A stretch of DNA of 33,578 nt from the NCBI RefSeq assembly GCF_004010195.1, contig NW_025214935.1:22055-55632 (forward strand), given 5' to 3'. Positions 11,766-23,060 of the stretch are shown one piece after another. Both the position numbers and the translations under genes were made by a program. Numbering within the stretch: position 1 is the stretch's first letter; the number at the start of each line of letters is the position of its first letter. This DNA comes from Chiloscyllium plagiosum (taxonomy: Eukaryota). Under the pieces are notes generated by a model that saw only the letters and a program-made list of their open reading frames with translations, searched no databases and was not told the origin of the DNA.

Positions 11766-12562
11766 AAGGTTCCCCATGGTAGGCTATTGCAGAAATATGG
11801 ATGCATGGTATTGAGGGTGATTTAACGGTTTGGATCAGTAATTGGCTAGCTGAAAGAAGTCAGAGGGTGGTGGTTGATGGGAAATGTTCATCCTGGAGTT
11901 CAGTTACTAGTGGTGTACAGCAAGGATCTGTTTTGGGGCTACTGCTGTTTGTCATTTTTATAGATGACCTGGATGAGGGTGTAGAAGTATGGGTTAGTAA
12001 ATTTGTGGATGACAGTAAAGTTGGCGGAGTTGTGGACAGTGCAGAAGAATGTTGTAGGTTACAGAGGGACACAGATAAGCTGCAGAGCTGGGCTGAGAGG
12101 TGGGAAATGGAGTTTAATGTGGAAAAGTGTGAGGTGATTCACTTTGGAAAGAGTAACAGGAATGCAGAGTACTAGGCTCGTGGTAAGATTCTTGGAAAGG
12201 TGGTTGAGCAGAGAGATCTCAGTGTCCATGTGCATAGATCCCTTAAAGTTGCAACCCAGGTCGATAGGGTTGTAAAGAAGGCGTATGGTATGTTAGCTTT
12301 TATTGGTAGAGGGATCGAGCTTCGGAATCATGAGGTCATGCTGCAGCTGTATGAAACTCTGTATGTAGCGGAGGAAAAGGTGGGGGGTGGTGCCAGTGTT
12401 TGTTTGTTAAAGGACTGCAACTAATTGTTTTTACACAGCTATTATATGGTTTCATTTACTCTCAGAGATGGCTTGGTCCATAAAGGATGAAATTAAGGAT
12501 CTCAGATGGATTTCACAAGGAGCCAGAAAATGTGAGGGAATTTTCTCGTTCTTCACAAAAGA

Positions 12563-12626
12563 ATGGGAATAATTCTCCATATAAAGAACATTTGTTATCC
12601 TGTTATTGCAGCCTTTGGTGTTCTTG
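12563..12626 (+). CDS. Probable first coding exon of a GPR139/GPR142-like GPCR (no second exon found in window; possibly a pseudogene)
   Basis: ATG in strong Kozak context (agaATGg) gives MGIILHIKNICYPVIAAFGVL, followed by a phase-1 donor G|GTAAG at 12627. It resembles GPR139 TM1 (..YYSLLLCLGLP|ANIL), which as I recall is split by an intron at this position. Confidence 0.6.
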
Positions 12627-12968
12627 GTAAGACAATGTTATTTTTCTTCATGGACAGTGAATGTCATGGTGTTCATACAACAGATTTCAGGAATGGTCCT
12701 CATTGCAGAGTCACTTATCCATGAGAAGAAACTGGGGGAGACAGACTCAGTGATGCACATTTATTGAGCAGTGAAGAAAATCAAATCTTGGATGTTAATG
12801 CAATGTTTGTGTACAAACGGAATATTTTGTTGGAATCAAGAAATGTTTAGCAATTATCTGGAAACTATTTAGACATTGCCATCAATGTTTCTTGGAAGAG
12901 CACAGGCATTAAAATCTTCAATGTTATTTTTACTCCTCAGATGAATTGTCAGTGCCGTTAGTCTACAT

Positions 12969-15334
12969 CAGTATTTCTCAACCTTTCCGTATTCCCTTCT
13001 TATCCTTGAAATCATGCAATGCCCCCAAATCACCAAAGTCTGCTTTTGCACATATAACTGCAATACACTGCAGTGCTGAAAACGGAAAACTTTTGTGAAA
13101 TATGTTTTATATACAACAAAAAATAAATGTTATCATTTATTACTGTTCTTACTGTCCATCTACTTTTGGCTCACTCTGTATAAAATTTAGTCTGTGATAG
13201 CAAAATAGTCAATGCGATCCTTGTGGTTCATGTTGTCTTGCTAAATCATATACATCTGGTTCAATTTTTGTTAAAAGCAATCTCAGGTCACCGCGCTGAA
13301 CAACATCCATGCGATTGCGGGTCTTATTGTGTATTCTGGTGATGGCACTGAATCCTTTCTCAACCAAATAAGAGGTAGGAAATGGTAGTGCAAACCGCTT
13401 TACCTCTTCGCTGAAGAGCTGGAAATGACATCTTGAATCCAAAAAAGGGGCTCACCCATTTGCAAAAAACGAATTTTCATTGCAGTGTCATTTTGGAGCT
13501 CTATCATTTCTTCCTGAAGGCGAATGTCCATTTCTTCTGCGCATGAGATAAAGGGGGTCAACCAGCCATGTAGGGATCGCCACCTCAATAAGGTCAGCAA
13601 ATTGTATTTTCATATCGTCCTGCAGTGCACGAATGTGAGCTGAGTAAATTAGTAATTGATCATCAATAACATCCTCTGCAATATTGTTTAAACTCGGGAA
13701 CTGGTAAAACTCACGACAACTGATTTTCCGATGAAAGAGATCAAGTTTTACAATAAAAGATGTAACAGCCTTCCTTGCTTTTATGAAACTGACATTATCT
13801 CCTTGTATCTGCATAATCAACGAATTGCACTTATGGAATATATCCATGGGATTTGCACAGTCGTGTTTTACGGTTTCGGCTTTCATACAAAGGTTTTCTG
13901 TGTAGGAATTCAATGATAGAATCAAACAGTTCATGGAAACGATTGAGGCATTTTCCTTTTGAGAGCTATCTTACTTCTGTGTGTAGCAGCAATTGCAGAA
14001 ATTCAGCTTCATTATCTTTACAGAGTTGGTGGAGAAGTCATTCATTCAGTGCATGTCTCTTTATATAATTTACCACATCTAGAGAATGTAGAGAATGGTT
14101 GAGGGCTTCACTAAGTTTCTTTGCAGCCAGATGCTGCCGATGGATAATGCAATGTACTGTGAAAACATGTGGCACTTCTCTCTTTAATAATGCGACAAAT
14201 CCCTGGTGTTGGCCAGCCATAGCATGCGTGCCATCCGTAGCACAAACAACAATGTTTTTGAGGGGAACAGACTTTTTATCAAAATAATCCTTGATGCAGT
14301 CGAAGATAGTCTTACCTTTGGTATCTGTCGGTAGATCCAGAGCAAAAAGTAGTTCTTCTCGTATTTCATTTTTGTCGATGAAATATACATACCTCAAAAG
14401 TAAAGCTTGATTTCCGCATATAGTACTTCCATCAATTTGTAAGGTGATTTCTTTCGATATCAAAAGGGAACATAATTTATCCTCAAACATTTGAGGCCAT
14501 TTCATCGATGCGCCTTCTCACGGAATCATTGCTAAGAGGAACACGCTTGATGGTCATTGATGGTTCCTGATGTAACATGGTTGATAATACTTCAGTAATA
14601 GCTGGAAGTACCAATGATTCACCCATGGAATGAGGCTTACCACATTTTGCAATTAGCTTCGGTATGATGCCACAAGGCCATCCACATTTGTGGCTCCCAT
14701 CTTTGAAAAAGCAGTGGAAATTATTTATTATTTAATGTTTGAAAATATGCTAAATCTTTGTCCTTTTTGTCACTGTGTTTCTTTTCCAAATGTTTCATAA
14801 GACAGGAAGGCTTCATGGCCTCGTTGGAAAAACTTTGTTCACAGAGCAAGCACAGTGGTAACTGCTTATTAGATGGAGATTGAATAAAACCATATCGCAA
14901 ATAGTCCATGCTATACTGCCTGCACTTTTTCTTACTCGATGAGGCCATTTTTACACTGTCGCTCGAATACCCTGATGGAATCATGATAATTTTAAGACGC
15001 TCAGACAAGTGGCAAAATTTGATTGGCTAATTAGCTGTAATGTGCATCATTCTGCCACCCGGCAGAACAGTTGAAAAGCTGTGTTTCATCTTCCTAGAAG
15101 CGACACGAGTTAGGTGATATTAAACTTGGCATTAGAATCAGTGCCAACTGCGAACAAATTCAAATGGTTTGCCATTCACAGAGAAGACTATCAATAATAG
15201 CGCAGCAACCAATCAGAGTGCATGCCTCCATGGGTGCAGGGAAAATGACAGACTCGTGTTATGCGACTATCCATCTGCACACAGCAAAATATTCATTAAC
15301 TGAAGAAGTCTGGAGAATGTTGAGATACAGGGCG
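12969..15334 (-). mobile_element. hAT DNA transposon, Buster/Charlie family, inactive
   Basis: Left TIR CAGTATTTCTCAACC at 12969 is preceded by the 8-mer GTCTACAT (nnnTAnnn target consensus). The right end is only tentative: GTTGAGATACAG.. at 15319-15334, followed by GTCTAGGT. Confidence 0.8.
13209..14948 (-). pseudogene. Buster-type hAT transposase, frameshifted
   Basis: MASSSKKKCRQYSMDYLRYGF..PLCLLC..SNEAMKPS.L.KHLEKKH (BED-like finger), LQIDGST, CATDG, HCIIHRQHL, FPTSYLVEKGFS, RGDLRLLLTKIEPD..QGSH*; split over several frames. Confidence 0.93.
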
Positions 15335-15599
15335 GTCTAGGTGACCTATACAAATACAAAATGTTATTGGACAAGTAGTATTTCAGCTGACACAATACTA
15401 CAAAACAGACACTAGATGGCGTACTTGCACACTTTCATTGGATAAAGTGGGGTCTTGCCAAAAATATATATTAAAAGGTCTATTGTTTTAGGCTTGTGTA
15501 AATAATTTGTAGTTACAGTGCTGATTTAACGACATTCCACAGATAAAACATTTTATGTTTTGTGCAGAAAACTTAATTTTCAATAATGCTCGTATTCTT

Positions 15600-17843
15600 A
15601 TGGATAAAAACTTAATCTCTTTATTTCCAAGGTTGAATCAGACAGTCACACATAATCATTGTCACACTGTTAGTTATAAATTTCTCTTAGTAATGTTTTT
15701 TTAGCCTAGCTACTGCCTTTGCTGTTTGAATTCATGTATTGCTGGACATCAGAGGGAGTCCAGGGAAACTTAACAAATTGTGAAATTGTTAACTGATCTT
15801 GGAGGAGCCTGTTTGGGACAGGTCACAGCACAGAAACAGATAAGTGAATAGTTTTAAGTATTGCTTTGTTGTAAATCTACAAGAGTGGGTTCTTTCTTGA
15901 TTATATGTTTTATTGAGATCTGTCTCTTGATTAAACTTCAAAAATATAAGCCATAAGTATGAAGATAGCCTGGAGCAGTGTTTTGTTAAGCAATAAGATG
16001 GTGTTATTTTCTGGGTGTATGGATGTGGGAGCTTTGAGAGATTTTACGTGTTACTGAGGAATAAATCTACAATAAATGTCGTTGGTTGCGAATCCTATCA
16101 GATCAAATAGATTGATTGGAGTGACAGTTAAACGCAATGAGGAACTTACCAGAGCAAGGGGGTGTGATGGATGGCAGTTAAAGGAAGGGAGAAAAGCTGC
16201 AGATACGGTCAGATAGATGGGTTAACTCCAGGAAAGGTAGGAGGGGTAGGCAGGTTGTGTAGAAACTTCTGTGGCTCTCCCCATCTCAAACAAGTATGTT
16301 GTTTTGGAAAATGTAGGGAGTGATGGATTCTCAGGGGCATGTAGCATGACCAAGTTTCTGGTAGTGAGACTGGCTCTAAGGTAATGAGGTACATTGGGTT
16401 CCCTAACACAAGCGATCGATTGTGTTAGGGGACTCTCGATGAAGAGGCACAGATTAACGTTTCTGTGGCCAGCAGTGAAAAATCAGAATGGTGTGTTGCC
16501 TCCCTGGTGACAGGATCAAGGATATCTCAGGGAGGATGCAGAATGTTCTCACGGGGGAGAGGGGCCAGCAGAAGGTCATTGTACACATTGGAACCAACAA
16601 CAGAGGAAGGGAAAAGGATGAGACTCTAGAGGGAGAATATAGTAAGTTAGGTAGGAATTTAAGAAGGATGTCCTCGAGGGTAGTAATATCTGGATTACTC
16701 CTGGTGCTACAACCTAATGAGGGTAGGAATAGAAAGATAGTGCAGAACAATGCATGGCTAAGGCGTTGGTGCATGGGAGAAGGATTCACATTTTTGGATC
16801 ATTGAAATCTCTTCTAGGGTAGAAGTGACTTGTACAAGAAGAATGGATTGCATGTGAATTTGAAGGGTATTAAAATACTGGCAGGGAGATTTGCGAGAGC
16901 TGCCTGGGAGGATTTAAACTAGTAAGGATGTGAACATAGGAGGTATAGTTAGTAAGTTTGCAGATGACACCAAAATTGGAGGTGTCACCAAAATTGGAGC
17001 GAAGAAGGTTACCTCGGATTACAACGGGATCTTGATCAGATGAGCCAATGGGCCGAGGAGTGGCAGATGGAGTTTAATTTAGATGCTGCATTTTGGGAAA
17101 GCAAATCGTAGCAGGATTTATACAACTAATGGTAAGATCCTAGGGGGTGTTGCTGAACAAAGAGATCTTGGAGTGCAGGTTCATATCTTCTTGAATGTAG
17201 AGTTGCAGTTAGATAGGACAGTGAAGAAGATGTTTGATATGCTTTCATTTATTGGTCAGAGTATTGAGTACAGGAGCTGGGGGGTCATGTTGTGACTGTA
17301 CAGGATTCGGCCACTTTTGGAATATTGAGTGCAGTTCTGGTCTCCTTCCAATTGGAAGGATGTTGTCAAATTTGACAGAGTTCAGAAAAGATTTACAGGT
17401 ATGTTGCCAGGGTTGGAGGATCTGATCTATAGGGAGCTTGGGCTCTTTTCCCTGGAGCGTCGGAGGCTGAGAGGTGAACTTATAGAGCTATATAAAATCA
17501 TGAGAGGAATGAATAGGATAAAAAGACAAAGTCTTTTCCCTAGAGTGAGGGAGTCCATAATTAGAGGCTTAGGGGAAAGATATAAAAGGGACCTAAGGGA
17601 CAACTTTTTCATGCAGAGGGTAATGCGTGTATGGAATTAGCTAAAAGAGGAAGTGGTGGAGGCTGCTACAATTACAACATTTAAAAGGCATCGGATGGGT
17701 ACATGAATAGGAAGGGTTTAGAGGGATATGGGCCGTGAGCTGGCAAATGGGACGAGATTAGGTTGGGATATCTGGTTGGCATGGATGAGTTGGACCAAAT
17801 GGTCTGTTTTTGTGCTGTACATCTCTATGAATCTATGACTCTA
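15600..17843 (+). mobile_element. CR1 LINE with 5'UTR, ORF1 (zinc finger plus SGNH esterase) and only the 3' part of ORF2
   Basis: Degraded zinc finger/zipper at ~16015-16180. Esterase motifs IVLGDS, VCCLPG.RIKD, VIVHIGTNN, VVISGLL, NAWLRRWC, GLH. ORF1 stop at 16920-16922 is followed immediately by SKFADDTKIGG..; the tail (CTATGAAT/CTATGACT) ends at 17843. The 5' boundary is uncertain. Confidence 0.85.
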
Positions 17844-17844
17844 A

Positions 17845-17911
17845 GTTTGAAGTCTCAATGAAAATGGCTTCTAGTGCCACAAAATTACTTCCACAATCCC
17901 TCCTTTTTTTT
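17845..17911 (-). promoter_or_regulatory. Retroviral polypurine tract and first ~50 bp of the 3' LTR
   Basis: Minus strand reads AAAAAAAAGGAGGGA (17911-17897), T, then TGTGGAAG.. (17895 leftwards), directly downstream of env. Confidence 0.75.
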
Positions 17912-18553
17912 GCATAGAATCAAAAGAATCGGTCTGGAGCGTCTGCAAAAGGGGGCTTGGAGTATTATCTGGTGGTGGTGGTGGTGGTTCCGATTCAGAT
18001 GGGTTCCCCACAGCGTTGGCAGGTTCAAACTCAGTGGCAATCTCACTCAGGAATTCTGCCTCATGGTCGGAGTTTCCATTGAAGGGGGTTTGAACAACAG
18101 TGAGTTTGGCCAACTGGAAGGATCATGGGATGGAGAGTAGCAGCAGTGAGCTGATACATGCATAGCATTTCTTAAGGAAGGTAATAAGAACTGAAAGAAT
18201 AATAGAAGTAACAAGAAGCACAATAAAGCCTTGTAGGAGGGCGCTGCCCCAGGATCCGGACTGATCACTCATCCAACTCCATAGATCCCAATGCAAGCTG
18301 GTATCACAGGAATTGGAGGCTACCTTTCGAATGTGATTGGCGGAGGTTTGTGATGTCTTTGCTCAGGTCAGGAATATAGGTGCAGCAATCGGAGCCAATA
18401 ATAGCCCATGCACCCGCCTTTTCAGCTCATAGATAATCTAGGGTGACTCTGTTTTGTAGGGCAACTGTGCAAATGGCTATCACCTCTGCACTTAGTTGTT
18501 CAAGGGCTGATGCCATGTCATTCCCTATTTCCTCAAGAATTGAGGCCATTATG
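17871..18553 (-). pseudogene. env: ERV env, transmembrane subunit (heptad, immunosuppressive domain, anchor, tail)
   Basis: MASILEEIGNDMASALEQLSAEVIAICTVALQNRVTLDYL*AEKAGAWAIIGSDCCTYIPD (ISD at 18459-18430; CX6CC with first Cys>Trp). After a frameshift: WGSALLQGFIVLLVTSIILSVLITFLKKC. Confidence 0.9.
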
Positions 18554-21138
18554 TAGATAGGCCAACAAGAGGTGAGGCCACTTTGCATTTAGTACAGGGT
18601 AATGAATCAGGACAGGTATTAGATTTGGAGGTAGGTGAGCACTTTGGTGATAGCAATTACAATTCAGTTGCATTTAATTTAGCGATGAAAGAGATAGGTA
18701 AGTACCGTAGGGCAGGAATTATAGCTGGGGAAAAGGCAATTATGATGTGACTAGGCAAGATGTAAATACATAGGATGGGGAAGGAAACTGCAGGGAAAGG
18801 GCACAATTGAAATGTGGAACTTGATCAAGGAACAGCTACTGCATGTCCTTGATATGTATGTACCAGTCAGGAAGGGATGAAGGAAGTGGTCAAGGGAGGG
18901 AGCCATAATTCACTAAAGAAGTTGAATCTCTTGTCAAGAGAAAGAAGGAGGCTAATGTGTGGATGAGATGTGAAGGCTCAGTTCAGGTGCTTGAGAGTTA
19001 CAAGTTAGCCAGGAAGGATCTAAAGAGAGAGCTGAGAAGAGCCAGGAGAGGGCATGAGAAGTCTTTGGCATTTAAGTTCAAGAAGAACCCTAAAGCTTTC
19101 TATTGGCCGGTCAGGAATAAAAGAATGACAAGAGTAAGATTTGGGCCAGTCAAGGACAGTACTTGGAAGTCATGTGTGGAGTGTGAGGAGATAGGGGATG
19201 CGCTAAATGAATATTTTTCATCAGTATTCACACTAGAAAAAGATAATGTTGTCAAGGAGAATACTGAGATACAGGCTACCAGACTAGATGGAAATGAATT
19301 TCCTAAGGAGGAGCTGTTAGCAATTCTGGAAAATGTGAAAATGGATAAGTTCCCCCGGCCGGATGGGATTTATCCTCAGATTCTCTGGGAAGCCGGGGGA
19401 GATTGCAGAGTGTTTGGCTTTGATCTTTATGTCGTCATTGTCTACAGGATAGTGCCAGAAGACTGGAGGATAGCAAATGTTGTCTTCTTGTTCAAGAAGG
19501 GGTAGAGACAACCCTGGTAATTATAGATCAGTGAGCCTTATTTTGGTTGTGGGTTAAGTATTGGAACGGATTATAAGAGATAGGATTTATAACCGTCTAG
19601 AAAGGAATAATTTGATTGGGGATAGTCAACAAAGTTTTGTGAAGGATAGGTCATGCCTCATAAACTTTATTGAGTTTTTTTTTAGATTAGATTAGATGTT
19701 TTTTAGATTAGATTACAGTGTGGAAACAGGCCCTTCAGCCCAACAAGTCCACACCGACCCGCCGAAGCGAAACCCACCCATACCCCTACATTTACCCCTT
19801 ACCTAACACTATGGGCAATTTAGTATGGCCAATTCACCTGACCCTGCACATCTTTGGACTGTGGGAGGAAACCAGAGCATCCGGAGGAAACCCACGCAGA
19901 CACGGGGAGAACATGCAAACTCCACACAGTCAGTCGCCTGAGGCGGGAATTGAACCCGGGTCTCTGGCGCTGTGAGGCAGCAGTGCCTTTGAGTTCTTTG
20001 AGAAGGTGACCAAACAAGCGGTTGAGGGTAAAGTGGTTGATGTGGTGTATATGGATTTCAGTAAAGCTTTTGATAAGGTTCCCCATGGTAGGCTATTGCA
20101 GAAAATACGGAGGTATGAGATTGAGGGCGATTTAATGGTTTGGATCAGAAACTGGCTAGCTGAAAGAAGGTGGTGGTTAATGGAAAATGTTCATCCTGGA
20201 ATTCAGTTACTCATGGTGTACAGCAAGGATCTGTTTTGGGGCCACTGCTCTTTGTCATTTTTATAAATGACCCGGATGAATGCATAGCAGGATGAGTTAG
20301 TAAATTTACGGATGACACTAAAGTTGGTAGAGTTGTGGATAGTGCCGAAGAATGTTTAGATTACAGAGGGACATAGATAAGCTGCACAGCTGGGCTGAGA
20401 GGTGGCAAATGGAGTTTAATGCAGAAAAGTGTGAGGTGATTCACTTTGGAAGGAGTAATGGGAATGCAGAGTACTGGGATAATGGTAAGATTCTTGGCAG
20501 TGTGGATGAGCTAAGAGATCTTGGTGTCCATGTACATAGATCCCTCAGAGTTGCCACCCAGGTTGATAGGGTTGTTAAGAAGGCATACAGTGTGTTAGCT
20601 TTTATTGGTAGAGGGATTAGGTTTTAGAGCCATGAGCTCATGTTTCAGCTGGACAAAATTCTGATGCAGCCGCACTTTGAGTATTGCATACAGTTATGAT
20701 GGCCGCATTGAAGGATGTGGAAGCATTGGAAAGGGTGCAGAGTAGATTTACTAGGATGGAGGGAAGGTCTTATGAGGAAATATTGAGGGATTTGATACTG
20801 TTTCCATTAGGGAGAAGGTTGAAAGGCGACTTAATTGAGTAATACAAGATAATCAGAGGATTCGATAGGGCGGACAGTGAGAGCCTTTTTCCTCGGATGG
20901 TGATGGCTAGCACAAGGGGACATAGCTTTAAATTGAAGAGTGATAGATAAAGGACAGAGAGCAGTGGTAATTTCTTTACTCAAAGAGTAGTAAGGACGTG
21001 GAATACCCTGCCGGCAACAGTAGTAGACTTGCCAACTTTTAGGGCTTTTAAATGGTCATTGTATAAAAATATGGATGATAATGAAATAGTGTAGGCTAGA
21101 TGGGTTTTGGACTGTGCTGTAGTATTCTATGTTCTATG
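18554..21138 (+). mobile_element. 5'-truncated CR1 LINE inserted into env
   Basis: Starts in the endonuclease region (YVDRPTRGEATL.LV.GNE), contains the RT motifs, and ends in a TTCTATGTTCTATG tail. TATG is present at both junctions (18550-18553, 21135-21138). Confidence 0.95.
19682..19987 (-). mobile_element. HE1/V-SINE-type SINE nested in CR1
   Basis: B-box GGTTCAATTCC, V-SINE-like core and (TCTAA)n tail. Flanked by TTGAGTTTTTT (19670-19680) and TTGAGTTCTTT (19989-19999). Confidence 0.92.
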
Positions 21139-22015
21139 AGTCTAGCTTCCTTTATTAGCCAAGGGGTTCCATAAAGGGGGAAAGATAATGGCAAAGAGCC
21201 CCTCAGCTTCACTTCAGGTTCTCTTGGTATGAGGTTAACGTATTTCGAATGGGGAGATGTATGAGTGGTAACTGAGGGGAATCACATGCCCTTGATAGCA
21301 ACTCCCAGTCTAGGAGAGTGGGATCCAGGGCTGTGCTTTGTGGCTGAAATGAAATAGGTGCCATTATCCGTTTTTAAGTAAGTAGACTGAATTTTAGTCC
21401 AAGGAGTTTTGAACGTGGCTCTTGTAGTCGGCTCAGAATACTCCCAGAGGAAATTGATTGGGGTGAGGAGCAGGGAATGGCTACATTTACTGGTTCCAGC
21501 ATTCTATCCAGACTTGGGGCTGTATTTAAAGCAGATGGTCCCCATGTGTGTACCTTCACCTGTGATATTAGTGTGAAAGGTTGTAGTGAGGTTGGAACCA
21601 ACCTTCATATTTTTCCATATTATAACATACGGACTCCCAGGTGAACTTATCATTGGTGACATAAATGGTCCCATCAGGGTCTCGCATAAAAGAGTTGTGA
21701 GACTCCCTTTCAGACTGATCTCCCCCAAATGGATAATTCCAATGATCGTTTTTGTTCCAACTACCATTCAACTGTTTTGGATTCACTAAATGGAATGGTT
21801 CCCGGGGGATCACTTCCTTAGAGTGGACAGGGATATGTGCACATGCCCAGCAACCAGAGAGGTTAATCTTCTGTTTGTAAATGTGAATCATATGAAGAAA
21901 GGTATTAACCAATAACCGAATTCATGATGTTGTCTCTTCTATCCACCTCATGCCCAGTCAGTGTAAATAAGGCAAAGAGGAACACAGAGATCAATCCGGT
22001 GATTAATCTGCACAT
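21139..22015 (-). pseudogene. env: ERV env, signal peptide, SU and fusion peptide
   Basis: ATG at 22015: MCRLITGLISVFLFALFTLTG. Then NTFLHMIHIYKQKINLSGCWACAHIP (CWxC), NGTYFI..PW..GSCYQGHVIP, and a furin-like HTKR followed by EAEGLFAIIFP. Multiple frameshifts and stops. Confidence 0.85.
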
Positions 22016-22348
22016 TCCGCAGCAGGCAGGTGAGCTGGCAATGTCTGGCAATGTCTGCTCGGGTTCCACCGGGGGTGGTGCTCTCCTGCCTCAGGTTCCG
22101 TGTGTTCACTCGGGTCTTCCCCTGACCTTGACTGCCGTGCGGGTGACTTGCAGAATAAGATACGAGCCTTTCCACTGAGGCTCCAACTTTCCCTTGGTCC
22201 CAATTCCAGGCTTGGCATACCTGTGAATGTAAACTTTGAAAAGTTTTGTTTAACTTATGCAGATATTTTCACACCAAAGTTTGGAAGAAGATTTGTAGCT
22301 CGGGTGCTCGTTGTTGTGGTTCTGTTCGCCGAGCTGGGAATTTGTGTT

Positions 22349-22388
22349 GCAGATGTTTCATCCCATGTCTCGGTGACATCCTCAGTGG
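22349..22388 (-). ncRNA. Minimal hammerhead ribozyme motif (left arm)
   Basis: CCA-CUGAGGA-U-GUCaCC..GGGAU-GAAA-CAUC-UGC. Confidence 0.65.
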
Positions 22389-22503
22389 TTGGGAGCCTCC
22401 TGTGAAGCGCTTCTGTGATCTTTCCTCCAGCATTTATAGCAGATACAAATCACTATAAATGCCGGAGGAAACATCACAGAAGCGCTTCACAGGAGGCTCT
22501 CAA

Positions 22504-22543
22504 GCACTGAGGATGTCACCGAGACATGGGACAAAACGTCTGC
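22504..22543 (+). ncRNA. Minimal hammerhead ribozyme motif (right arm, GAAA>AAAA)
   Basis: GCA-CUGAGGA-U-GUCaCC..GGGAC-AAAA-CGUC-UGC; the catalytic G12 is mutated. Confidence 0.65.
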
Positions 22544-23060
22544 AACACAAATTCCCAGCTCGGCGAACAGAACCACAACAATATTTTCACACCTTTTAAA
22601 GCACTGTTGTAGCAATATTATCAGTCATTGGGATGATTTTGATCACTCTACTAAATACATCTATTACTAGACAATTTTTAAAACAATGTACTCGAGATAA
22701 TTCTATAAAATCAAGTTGTAGAGAAGTAGAAGGGCCCACTCGGCAACGGGGTGGTTCCAGACGGCAGGGGCATCCATGTAAAACATGGTCATTTTCTTTT
22801 ACAAATCAACCATGCTTCAGCTCTTTTCTTAGCTGCTTTCTGGAAGTTCGGGTGCCACCAAGTTTGTAATAAAAGTATTAACCATTCCTTCCTTTCCCAG
22901 GCGTGTACAATTATACACAGAATCAATGAGGGTAGAAGCAAAGAAGGAATACAAACTTGTCGCGCAGGGGTCACCCATAGCTTGGTTTGAGTATTGAGGG
23001 AGCATCCCATTTGAGTCCATTGTTTGTGCTGTTCAGCAGGGTCACCCCCGCTGTAATTTC

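Larger units (their letters stand above)
10631..12362 (+). mobile_element. CR1 LINE ORF2 fragment interrupted by a Penelope insertion
   Basis: [63 protein letters not shown]. The sequence resumes after a 12-bp duplication at 11766. Confidence 0.95.
22276..22580. mobile_element. Penelope-derived fold-back insertion with 13-bp TSD
   Basis: ATATTTTCACACC at 22263-22275 and 22581-22593. Inverted arms of ~129 bp at 22311-22439 / 22453-22581. Same family as 11389-11560. Confidence 0.92.

Noticed and set aside
13209..14948. Domesticated ZBED/SCAND3-like host gene
   Set aside because: Multiple frameshifts plus a retained TIR indicate a dead transposon.
17871..22015. Domesticated syncytin-like env gene
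   Set aside because: Stops, frameshifts, a mutated CX6CC cysteine and a 2.6-kb CR1 insertion rule out an intact protein at this locus.
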